A stretch of 32,000 nt of DNA from the NCBI GenBank assembly GCA_963843975.1, contig CAWJMG010000003.1, forward strand, positions 2,010,001 through 2,042,000, given 5' to 3'. Source of the DNA: an uncultured Actinomycetes bacterium. GTDB lineage: Bacteria > Actinomycetota > Actinomycetes > S36-B12 > CAIYMF01. Below, one piece after another: positions 25,160 through 32,000 of this stretch. The notes below the pieces were generated by a model. It saw only the letters and a list, made by a program, of their open reading frames with translations, was not told the DNA's origin and ran no database searches. The position numbers and the translations under genes were made by a program. Each line of letters opens with the position of its first letter. Within the stretch, counting starts at the first letter, position 1.

Positions 25160-25173
25160 GGCCGGTACCGGCC
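25160..25173. promoter_or_regulatory. perfect 14-nt palindrome GGCCGGTACCGGCC about 60 nt upstream of the ATPase start; candidate operator
   Basis: Read directly from the sequence, in the 165-nt gap between the phnA stop and the ATPase start. No regulator gene is adjacent, so its function is a guess. Confidence 0.25.
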
Positions 25174-25220
25174 GGGTGGCCCGCGAAGCCGGCATTCCCC
25201 CGGTCACGTGGCAGCGCGTG

Positions 25221-25246
25221 CCCTGGTCGCTCCGGGGAGCGACCAG
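25221..25246 (-). terminator. hairpin 17 nt downstream of phnA (10-12 bp stem)
   Basis: CCTGGTCGCTCC / GGAGCGACCAGG are perfect arms around a GG centre. Confidence 0.5.
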
Positions 25247-25262
25247 GCGTGCTCCGTGCCGG

Positions 25263-25616
25263 TCAGGCCTTCTTCACCACGCTGGACTTGAGCTGCATCT
25301 GGCCGAACCCGTCGACCCGGGCGTCGATGTCGTGGTCGCCGACGCCGTCGACGAGCCGGATGCCGCGCACCTTGGTGCCGACCTTGATCGTGCCTCCGCC
25401 GGCGCCCTTGACCTTGAGGTCCTTCACGACGACCACGTCATCGCCGTCCGAGAGCACGTTGCCGACCGCGTCGCGGATGACACGTGCGTCTCCGGTCGCC
25501 TCGCCGTCCGCCGAGGGGGACCACTCGTGGGCGCACTCGGGGCACACGAGGAGGGCGCCCATCTCGTAGGTGTGGACGCTGGAGCACTCGGGGCACGGGG
25601 GCAGCTGGTCGGGCAT
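25263..25616 (-). CDS. phnA: PhnA/YjdM family zinc-ribbon protein
   Basis: 117 aa. N-terminal zinc ribbon PPCPECSSVHTYEMGALLVCPECAHEW, then the conserved C-terminal domain DSNGN-like VIRDAVGNVLSDGDDVVVVKDLKVKG...IDARVDGFGQMQLKSSVVKKA. I chose ATG at 25616. Confidence 0.9.
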   Translation of the reverse strand: MPDQLPPCPECSSVHTYEMGALLVCPECAHEWSPSADGEATGDARVIRDAVGNVLSDGDDVVVVKDLKVKGAGGGTIKVGTKVRGIRLVDGVGDHDIDARVDGFGQMQLKSSVVKKA

Positions 25617-25877
25617 GCGCCCATCCAACCGCCTCGATGCCCGCGCACGGCGGCCGAGTGCCACGCGAGCAGGTCAGGGGACCCTCACCCTGCGTCCACG
25701 CGGGGGCCGGCGTCACCCGTACGGCGGTGCACACGGCGTACGCCGCAGCACGAAGACCTGGGAGAACGCGCCTCCTGAGCACGGATCGGGACCGGCTGAG
25801 CTTTCACCCCAATGGCGTATGAAAGTCGGCGATCCGCGGGCCGATACACGGTTGGGTTTCTCTGTCAGGAGGCCGAC

Positions 25878-27893
25878 ATGGCCAGCACGTCGCGGGTGAA
25901 GACCACCGGCACCGTCGGTGGCACCACCGCAGCTCGGCTCATGCGTGGCCGGGCCGGACACCGTTCCGGCCTCGCTCTCGGCGCCGTCGTCGCAGCAGGT
26001 GCGATGGCGTTCGCTCTCGGCGCTCCCGCCACCAGTGCGGTTGCCGCCACCAGCGCCCCGACCCTGCTCAGCGTGCAGGGTTCGGCGCTGTCCCCCGATG
26101 CCGCAGCGGCCTGGGTCACCTCACACGGTGGCGAGGTCCTCGCGGTCTACGACGTCGCCGACGCGCTGCTCGTGTCCCTGCCCGCGGGTCTCACCCCGCC
26201 TGCCGGGACCGTCTCCGTGCCCGACGTCGCGATGCACCTCACCGCCGCCCCCAGCGCCGCTGCTGCGACCGACGTGAAGGGTGCGACGTACCGCGCCTCG
26301 ATCGGCGCATCGAGCACGGCGACCGGTGCCGGCGTGACCGTCGCCGTCGTCGACACCGGCGTCACCGACGTCGCAGACCTCGCCGGCCGTGTCACCCACG
26401 TCAACGTCAGCGGTGGTCCCGCCGGCGACGGACTGGGCCACGGCACCTTCATGGCCGGTCTCGTCGCTGGTGACGGATCGTCCTCGGACGGCACCTACAC
26501 CGGTGTCGCCCCCGACGCCCGCATCCTCGACGTCCAGGTCGCGACGCCCGACGGCTCGACCTCGCTCTCCCGCGTCCTCGCGGGTCTGCAGGCCGTTCTC
26601 GACGCCAGCACGTCCGACCCCTCCGTCCGCGTCGTGAGCCTCGCGCTCTCGACCGGCAACCCGCTGCCCCCGTCGGCCGACCCGCTCTCGCGCGGCCTCG
26701 ACCGCCTCTGGGCCAAGGGCCTCACCGTCGTCGTCTCGGCCGGTAACGACGGCCCCGCCGACGGAACCGTCACCTCCCCCGGCGCCGACCCCACCCTCAT
26801 CACGGTGGGCGCTCTCGACGAGCACGGCACCTCGGCACGCGGTGACGACACCGTGGCCGCCTTCTCCGCCCGCGGCACCGAGTTCGGGGCCAGCAAGCCC
26901 GACCTCGTCGCTCCCGGCGTCTCGCTCGTGTCCACCCGCTCCGCGGGCAGCACGGCCGACGTCGAGAACCCCGCGTCGCGCGTCGGCGACGGCTACTTCA
27001 CCGGCAGCGGCACGTCGATGAGCGAGGCCGTCACGGCCGGCGCGGCGGCAGTGCTCATCGGGACGCGCTCCGCCCTCACCCCCGACACGGTGAAGAAGCT
27101 GCTCACGAAGACCGCGTACGACCAGAAGAACCTGAGGAAGGCCGACGGCGCCGGTGACGGCGGCCTCGACCTCGCTGCTGCAGTCGCTGCCGCGCCCACG
27201 GCCAAGATCGTCAAGGTCAAGGGCTCGATCGCGAAGCTGGCCGACGACGCGTACGGCCCCGACCCGGCCGACGCCGCCGCCTGGCAGCAGTTCTCCGCCG
27301 CCTGGGCGGCCGGGGACCTCGACGCCGTCGCAGCGATCTGGGTGACGCTCTCCGAGCAGACCCGCCGCTGGGCAGCCACCGCGTTCGCCCTGTCCCTGGT
27401 GTCGAGCAACGCCGGCGCCGGAGACGAGGAGTTCGCCGCCATCGAGGCGCTCGCGCACCGCTGGTCCACCGAGTCGTGGAAGTCCCGCGACTGGGCGACC
27501 GACGCGTTCGTGGCGCACCGCTGGTCCGACGCCGACTGGGCAGCGCACCGCTGGTCGCTGGCCGACTGGGCGGCGCACCGCTGGTCCGACGCCGACTGGA
27601 GCGCGCACCGCTGGTCCCTCGAGGCCTGGGATGCGCACCGCTGGTCGACCGACGCCTGGGACGCGCACCGCTGGTCGTCCGAGGACTGGCTGGCCTTCGC
27701 CTGGGTCGCCCACCGCTGGAGCTCCGACACGTGGGCTGCCGACGCGTGGGACGAGCAGGCATGGTCGGCGCACCGCTGGTCGGCGCACCGCTGGAGCGAC
27801 TACGCATGGGAGGCGCACCGCTGGTCCGCCCACCGCTGGTCCGTGGACGACTGGTCCGCGCACCGCTGGTCAGTGGACGCGTGGAGCGTCTGA
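25878..27893 (+). CDS. secreted subtilisin-like serine peptidase (S8 family) with a Trp-rich repeat tail
   Basis: Asp VAVVDTGV, His GHGTFMAGLVAG, oxyanion Asn SAGNDG, Ser GSGTSMSEAVTAGAAA. Signal-like GLALGAVVAAGAMAFALGAPATSAVAA. I chose ATG at 25878 because AGGAGG lies 6 nt upstream; the track start is 25812. Confidence 0.9.
   Translation: MASTSRVKTTGTVGGTTAARLMRGRAGHRSGLALGAVVAAGAMAFALGAPATSAVAATSAPTLLSVQGSALSPDAAAAWVTSHGGEVLAVYDVADALLVSLPAGLTPPAGTVSVPDVAMHLTAAPSAAAATDVKGATYRASIGASSTATGAGVTVAVVDTGVTDVADLAGRVTHVNVSGGPAGDGLGHGTFMAGLVAGDGSSSDGTYTGVAPDARILDVQVATPDGSTSLSRVLAGLQAVLDASTSDPSVRVVSLALSTGNPLPPSADPLSRGLDRLWAKGLTVVVSAGNDGPADGTVTSPGADPTLITVGALDEHGTSARGDDTVAAFSARGTEFGASKPDLVAPGVSLVSTRSAGSTADVENPASRVGDGYFTGSGTSMSEAVTAGAAAVLIGTRSALTPDTVKKLLTKTAYDQKNLRKADGAGDGGLDLAAAVAAAPTAKIVKVKGSIAKLADDAYGPDPADAAAWQQFSAAWAAGDLDAVAAIWVTLSEQTRRWAATAFALSLVSSNAGAGDEEFAAIEALAHRWSTESWKSRDWATDAFVAHRWSDADWAAHRWSLADWAAHRWSDADWSAHRWSLEAWDAHRWSTDAWDAHRWSSEDWLAFAWVAHRWSSDTWAADAWDEQAWSAHRWSAHRWSDYAWEAHRWSAHRWSVDDWSAHRWSVDAWSV
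27453..27890 (+). repeat. in-frame tandem repeat encoding 29 consecutive pentads with Trp (28) or Phe (1) at position 1; 13 copies of AHRWS; basic DNA unit 30 nt
   Basis: CACCGCTGG (His-Arg-Trp) occurs at 27456, 27516, 27546, 27576, 27606, 27636, 27666, 27711, 27771, 27786, 27816, 27831 and 27861. All spacings are multiples of 15 nt. The protein reads ...AHRWSDADWAAHRWSLADWAAHRWSDADWSAHRWSLEAWDAHRWSTDAWDAHRWS... Confidence 0.95.
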
Positions 27894-27894
27894 C

Positions 27895-30162
27895 ATGTCC
27901 GACACGACCGCCCTCGGCCGCAGGCTCACCGTGCCTGCGGTCGTGGGCGGCGTGTGCCTCCTCGGCGCCCTGAGCCTCGCGCTCGCGGCCGCCGTCATCC
28001 CGTCCCTCGCCGAGCCCGGTGGCTCGGCGGACGTGCACCTCCCCCTCGCGATCCTCGCCTTCGTCGTCGCAGCCGCGGTCTCCGAGATCGTCTCGGTGCC
28101 GCTCATGCACGGCGCCGACAAGGAGGACCTGACGTTCTTCGAGATCGTCACGGTCGCCGGCATCCTCGTGCTCGACCCGAGCTGGGCCGTCGTCGCGCCG
28201 CTGGTGGGCCTCGCGATCGTGCAGATCGTGCTGCGCATTCCGGCGAAGAAGATCGCCTTCAACCTCGGCTCGTACGCTGCGGCGACCGTCGCGGCCGTCA
28301 TCAGCTACCTCGCCATCAACGCCGGCGCCGAGCGGTTCTCGCTGCAGGGCGTCATCGCCCTCGTCGTGGCGATGTCGCTCTTCACCGTCGTCAACACGCT
28401 CCTCCTCGCCGCCGTCCTTCACGCGGCCGAGGGCATCAGCGTCCGCGCGTTCGTCGCGGACGTGTGGGGCCTGTCGCTGCTCATGACGATCGGCTCGATC
28501 GGCGTGGGCGCCGTCGCCGTCGCCATCGCCCCCGTGTCGGTGTGGCTGCTCCCCTTCACGCTGCTGCCGGCCATGGCCCTCTGGTACGCCTACCGCTCGA
28601 CCTCGCAGCGGGCGGAGGAGCGCGAGCGCAACCGCTGGCTCGTCACGCTCTCCGGCACGCTCACCGCCGAGCACCCCATGCCCGAGCTGCTCGCCGACGC
28701 CTCGACCGCCATCCGGTCCGCGTTCGGCGCCGGCTCCGTCCTCGTCGTCCTCCCGGCCGACGACGACCTCACCACCATGTTCCCGGCCTCCGAGGGCGTC
28801 GTCCCCGTCCCGACAACGCGCCTGCCCGAGGGCTGGGGCTCGGCCGTCTCGATCGGCCTCGAGCTCGGCGAGGGTCGCCGCGGCACGCTGCTGCTCGGCG
28901 ACGCCGCCGACGTCCGTCGCCCCTGGGCCATCAAGCAGACCGACGAGGCCGTGCTCACGACCGTCGCCGCGTCCCTCGGCAGCGCGATCCGTAGCGCAGA
29001 GCGCCACGCGGCTCTGGTCGAGGAGTCGAGCAAGCTCAAGGCCGTCGTCGAGAACGCCACCGACGGCATCGCCGTGCTCACCGGCACCGGCCGCGTGCGC
29101 CTGTGGAGCCCGGCGATGTCGCGCATCACCGGCATCCCCGAGGCGACCGCCACCTTCACCGTCCCCGGCGCGGACGTGCCCTCGGCGCTCTCCGCCATCG
29201 TCGCCAGCGCGATCGTCGGCGGCGTCGTCGCGGGCCAGGGCCCGGTCGAGGTCGAGCCGCGCTCGCTCACGATCACCCGGCCCGACGGCGAGACGCGCGA
29301 CGTGACCGTCGCCGTCGTCCGCGCCCGCACCAACGCCGACGGCGAGCCCGTCGCGATCCTGACCCTGCACGACGTCACGTCGCAGGCCCGAGCCGACCGG
29401 CTCAAGAGCGACTTCGTCGCGACGATCTCGCACGAGCTGCGGACGCCGATCACGCCCATCAAGGGCTACGCGCAGCTGCTGCTCGCGCGGGGCGACGCCA
29501 TGACGCCGGAGAAGCGCCGGTCGGCGTACGAGCTCATCGCCGACCGCGCCGACCACCTCGGCCGCCTGGTCGAGGACCTGCTCATGGCCTCGCGCGCGTC
29601 CGGCACCCTCGGCTCCAAGCTCGCGACCACCCCGCAGGGGCACGACCTGCGCACGATCGTCTCGGCCGCGGTCGAGTCCTTCCCGGCGCTCGCGGGACGC
29701 CTCGAGCTCGAGCAGCCCGAGACCGCCGTTCCCGTGTGGTGCGACTCGGTCCGCTCGGTGCAGATCCTGTCCAACCTCCTGTCGAACGCGATCAAGTACT
29801 CCCCCGAGGGCACACCGATAGCGGTGCGCGTCCCCGAGTCGGAGTTCGGCGACACCCACGCCGTCATCACCGTCACCGACAGCGGCTGCGGCCTCGCCGC
29901 CGGCGACACCGAGCGCGTGTTCGAGCGGTTCTACCGCGTCGAGGACTCGATGACGATGCGCACGAGCGGCAGCGGCCTCGGCCTCTACATCGCCCGCGAG
30001 CTCGCCATCGCCATGGGCGGCAGCCTCACCGTCGCCTCGCAGCCCGGCCAGGGCTCGACCTTCACCGTCCGCCTGCCCCGCACCGAAGCGGCCGCAGCGG
30101 CAGCAACACCGGCACCTGCACCAGCGCCCGCGCAGTCCGTCCCGTTCGCCCGCACCGCCTAG
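27895..30162 (+). CDS. sensor histidine kinase: about 8 TM helices, GAF-like region, PAS, HisKA, HATPase_c
   Basis: The ATG is 1 nt after the S8 stop (TGAcATG). H-box ATISHELRTPITPIKGY, N-box LLSNAIKYSPEG, G1 VTDSGCGL, G2 GSGLGLYIAREL, PAS-like LKAVVENATDGIAVLTGTGRVRLWSPAMSRITG. The track ORF start at 27631 is an alternate-frame reading of the repeat. Confidence 0.92.
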   Translation: MSDTTALGRRLTVPAVVGGVCLLGALSLALAAAVIPSLAEPGGSADVHLPLAILAFVVAAAVSEIVSVPLMHGADKEDLTFFEIVTVAGILVLDPSWAVVAPLVGLAIVQIVLRIPAKKIAFNLGSYAAATVAAVISYLAINAGAERFSLQGVIALVVAMSLFTVVNTLLLAAVLHAAEGISVRAFVADVWGLSLLMTIGSIGVGAVAVAIAPVSVWLLPFTLLPAMALWYAYRSTSQRAEERERNRWLVTLSGTLTAEHPMPELLADASTAIRSAFGAGSVLVVLPADDDLTTMFPASEGVVPVPTTRLPEGWGSAVSIGLELGEGRRGTLLLGDAADVRRPWAIKQTDEAVLTTVAASLGSAIRSAERHAALVEESSKLKAVVENATDGIAVLTGTGRVRLWSPAMSRITGIPEATATFTVPGADVPSALSAIVASAIVGGVVAGQGPVEVEPRSLTITRPDGETRDVTVAVVRARTNADGEPVAILTLHDVTSQARADRLKSDFVATISHELRTPITPIKGYAQLLLARGDAMTPEKRRSAYELIADRADHLGRLVEDLLMASRASGTLGSKLATTPQGHDLRTIVSAAVESFPALAGRLELEQPETAVPVWCDSVRSVQILSNLLSNAIKYSPEGTPIAVRVPESEFGDTHAVITVTDSGCGLAAGDTERVFERFYRVEDSMTMRTSGSGLGLYIARELAIAMGGSLTVASQPGQGSTFTVRLPRTEAAAAAATPAPAPAPAQSVPFARTA

Positions 30163-30170
30163 GAGTCATC

Positions 30171-30563
30171 ATGAGCAGGATCCTGATCGTCGACGACGAG
30201 TTCTCCGTCCGCGCCCTGCTGCGTGACGTCCTCGAGCTCGAGGACTACGAGGTCGTCGAGGCCGAGGACGGCCCGGCAGCCCTGGCGGCCATGGCGGAGC
30301 AGCGACCCGACCTGGTGCTGCTCGACATCATGATGCCGGGCATGAGCGGCATCGACGTGCTCGCGCAGGTGCGCGCCGACGTGCGCCTGCACGACGTCCC
30401 CGTCGTCCTGCTCACCGCAGCGGGCGACGACGACACCACGTGGGCCGGCTGGACGACGGGCGCGAGCCTGTACCTCAACAAGCCGTTCGACCACATGAAC
30501 CTGCTCGAGTGGATCGAGCGCCTGCTCGCCGAGAACAGCCCGGCACTGCAGAGCGCCTCGTAA
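30171..30563 (+). CDS. single-domain response regulator (receiver only, CheY-like)
   Basis: 130 aa. ILIVDDE acidic pocket, phospho-acceptor LVLLDIMMPGMSG, T in VVLLTAAG, K in YLNKPF, and no output domain. AGGAG lies 5 nt upstream; the gap to the kinase stop is 8 nt. Confidence 0.9.
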   Translation: MSRILIVDDEFSVRALLRDVLELEDYEVVEAEDGPAALAAMAEQRPDLVLLDIMMPGMSGIDVLAQVRADVRLHDVPVVLLTAAGDDDTTWAGWTTGASLYLNKPFDHMNLLEWIERLLAENSPALQSAS

Positions 30564-30584
30564 GACCGAACGGGACCACGGCGC

Positions 30585-30622
30585 CAGAGGGCGCGCAGCC
30601 GGTTGCGGCTGCGCGCCCTCTG
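30585..30622. terminator. bidirectional terminator-like hairpin between convergent genes (17-bp perfect stem, loop GTTG)
   Basis: CAGAGGGCGCGCAGCCG gttg CGGCTGCGCGCCCTCTG, between the response-regulator stop (30563) and the aldehyde dehydrogenase stop (30648). Confidence 0.65.
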
Positions 30623-30647
30623 CCGTGCCCGGAGCTGTGCTCGACGC

Positions 30648-32000
30648 CTATCCGCGGTCGGGCGAGATCTGCATGACCACGGCCTTGGGCTCGGTGAAGA
30701 ACTCCCGGCTGAAGGCGCCGCCCTCGCGGCCGACGCCGGAGTCGCCAACGCCGCCGAACGGGGCGCGAAGGTCGCGGATGAAGAAGCAGTTGACCCACAC
30801 CGTGCCAGCCTTGAGCGCCTCGGACACGCGGTGCGCGCGGCTGAGGTTCTCGGTGAAGAGCATGGCGTTGAGGCCGTATCGCGTGTCGTTCGCGAGCCGC
30901 ACGGCCTCGGCCTCGGTGTCGAACGGGTGCACCACGACTACCGGACCGAAGATCTCCTCGGTGCAGACGCGTGCGTCGGCGGGGGCGTCGACCACGATCG
31001 TCGGACGCACGAACCATCCCTCGCCATGGCCGCCGGTGAGCACCTTGCCGCCGTCCGCCTCGATGCCGTCGAGGTAGCCGCTGACCTTGGTCCAGTGCTC
31101 CTCGCTCGCGAGCGGTCCGAACTGCGTGTCCCCGTCCTTCGGGTCGCCGATCTGCATGGCCTCGGCCGCGGCCACGAACCGCTCCACGAAGACGTCGTAG
31201 ACCTCGCGCTGGACGTAGAGGCGGCTGCCCGCGAGGCACACCTGGCCGGCGTTGCGGAAGATCGCCTGGATCGACCAGTCGACCGCGTTGTCGAGGTCGG
31301 CGTCCGCGAAGACGATGTTGGCGCCCTTGCCGCCGAGCTCGAGGCTCACGGGGCACAGCCGCTTGGCCGCGACCCCGCCGATGATGCGGCCGGTGCCCGA
31401 CTCGCCGGTGAACGTGATGCGGTCGACGTCGACGTTCTCCGTCAGCTCGGCGCCTGCAGAGTCGGGGCCGTAGCCCTGCACGACGTTGAGCACGCCGGCC
31501 GGGAAGCCCGCCTCGATCGCGAGCCGACCGAGGATCACGGCCGACACCGGGGTGTCCTCGGCCGGCTTGAGGACGACGGTGTTGCCCCACGCGAGCGCGG
31601 GAGCGACCTTCCACGTCTCGAGCATCAGCGGGAAGTTCCACGGCGCGATGGCCGAGACGACGCCGGCCGGGCCGAAGCGGCTGTAGGCGTGGTGACCGCT
31701 GTCCATCGGGTAGTTCTCCCCCGCGGTCAGGCGCGCGTGGTCCGCGAAGAACCGGAAGTTCCACGCCGACCGGGCGACGTCGTGGCGGGCCTGCGCGATG
31801 GGCTTTCCCATGTCGCGGGTGTCGGCCATGGCGAGCTCGTCCACGTGCTCGAGCATGAGGTCGGCGAGGCGGTGCATGAGCGTCTGGCGCTTCTCGTAGC
31901 CCATGCGCGGCCACGGGCCCTCGTCGAAGGCCTTCCTCGCTGCCGCGACGGCACGCGCGGCGTCGGCGCGGCCGCCGAGCGCGACGGCCGCCCACGGCTC
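30648..32000 (-). CDS. NAD(P)-dependent aldehyde dehydrogenase, hydroxymuconic/aminomuconic-semialdehyde-dehydrogenase-like; 5' end outside the window
   Basis: ALDH motifs WNFPL, FTGESGTG, ELGGKG, catalytic Cys GQVCLAGSR, EEIFGPV, and C-terminal RDLRAPFGGVGDSGVGREGG. The frame stays open upstream of the track's Met (31904) to the window edge (EPWAAVALGGRADAARAVAAARKAFDEGPWPRM). Confidence 0.92.
   Translation of the reverse strand, partial: EPWAAVALGGRADAARAVAAARKAFDEGPWPRMGYEKRQTLMHRLADLMLEHVDELAMADTRDMGKPIAQARHDVARSAWNFRFFADHARLTAGENYPMDSGHHAYSRFGPAGVVSAIAPWNFPLMLETWKVAPALAWGNTVVLKPAEDTPVSAVILGRLAIEAGFPAGVLNVVQGYGPDSAGAELTENVDVDRITFTGESGTGRIIGGVAAKRLCPVSLELGGKGANIVFADADLDNAVDWSIQAIFRNAGQVCLAGSRLYVQREVYDVFVERFVAAAEAMQIGDPKDGDTQFGPLASEEHWTKVSGYLDGIEADGGKVLTGGHGEGWFVRPTIVVDAPADARVCTEEIFGPVVVVHPFDTEAEAVRLANDTRYGLNAMLFTENLSRAHRVSEALKAGTVWVNCFFIRDLRAPFGGVGDSGVGREGGAFSREFFTEPKAVVMQISPDRG

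Noticed and set aside
25617-25877. Possible riboswitch (c-di-AMP/ydaO-like, because of CAGGGGACCC and ACGCGGGGGCC) in the phnA / S8 divergent region.
   Set aside because: I could not find the other conserved ydaO elements (the paired ACGGGGA / CCCGAA halves and the GCUAACCUCGUAAGC-like segment). The similarity is a few G-rich words, which are common in this genome. I treat the region as a plain divergent promoter.
27453-27890. Regularly spaced 30-nt repeats, considered as a possible CRISPR array or non-coding satellite.
   Set aside because: The conserved block is only about 14 nt and the 'spacers' about 16 nt. The repeats are strictly in frame with the S8 catalytic domain, keep GC-biased third positions and end at a stop codon. 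No cas genes are present. This is a coding tandem repeat.
27631-27894. N-terminal extension of the histidine-kinase ORF (MRTAGRPTPGTRTAGRP... with RTAG repeats).
   Set aside because: It is the +1 frame of the AHRWS repeat. The kinase has a proper ATG at 27895 followed directly by its first TM helix.
354-30563. Idea that the CheW-like protein (354-872) and the CheY-like receiver (30171-30563) mark a chemotaxis system.
   Set aside because: They are 29 kb apart in unrelated operons. No cheA, MCP, cheB/R or flagellar gene is in the window. The receiver is clearly paired with its own upstream kinase.
1-32000. Search for mobile elements, an integration site, defence islands (restriction-modification, toxin-antitoxin, CBASS/retron-like genes) or a GC-content island.
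   Set aside because: I saw no transposase, integrase or recombinase motifs, no tRNA gene, no terminal inverted or direct repeats flanking a block, and no extended region of deviating composition. The only low-GC stretches are short intergenic regions.

Overview
Very GC-rich (third codon positions nearly all G/C) actinobacterial chromosomal DNA, densely coding. I call 25 CDS; two are cut by the window edges. I saw no rRNA, tRNA, CRISPR array, transposase, integrase or phage genes. All family assignments rest on motifs read from the ORF translations; no database search was run.

The backbone matches the conserved neighbourhood I know from Mycobacterium tuberculosis Rv1159A-Rv1171: phhB, a mutT2-position Nudix gene, typA, a family-5 solute-binding protein at the lpqW position, mshB and a small membrane protein. 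Here that backbone carries a complete peptide-type ABC importer and an S9 dipeptidyl peptidase.

Other genes, left to right:
- a minus-strand operon: FtsH paralog, 4-TM protein, CheW-like protein
- a secreted FN3/OmpA-like protein
- a stand-alone TrpB2
- an NfeD-flotillin pair
- a P1B-5-type ATPase with a hemerythrin tail
- phnA/yjdM
- a tightly coupled S8 peptidase, polytopic histidine kinase and receiver-only regulator
- a truncated aldehyde dehydrogenase

Most of the window is ordinary core genome, and I cannot show that it holds a new system. The strongest leads are:
1. The S8 peptidase ends in an unbroken array with Trp at every fifth residue (13 x AHRWS). I do not recognise it as a known module. 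The gene is translationally coupled to a two-component pair.
2. A 59-nt near-perfect palindrome lies upstream of typA, inside a Nudix-AlaX fusion ORF that has no stop codon until 148 nt into typA.
3. An FtsH paralog with two large AAA-module insertions and almost no extracytoplasmic loop is coupled to a 4-TM protein and an orphan CheW-like protein.

The many long Arg/Gly/Pro-rich ORFs in the six-frame track are alternate-frame or antisense artefacts of GC-rich coding DNA.
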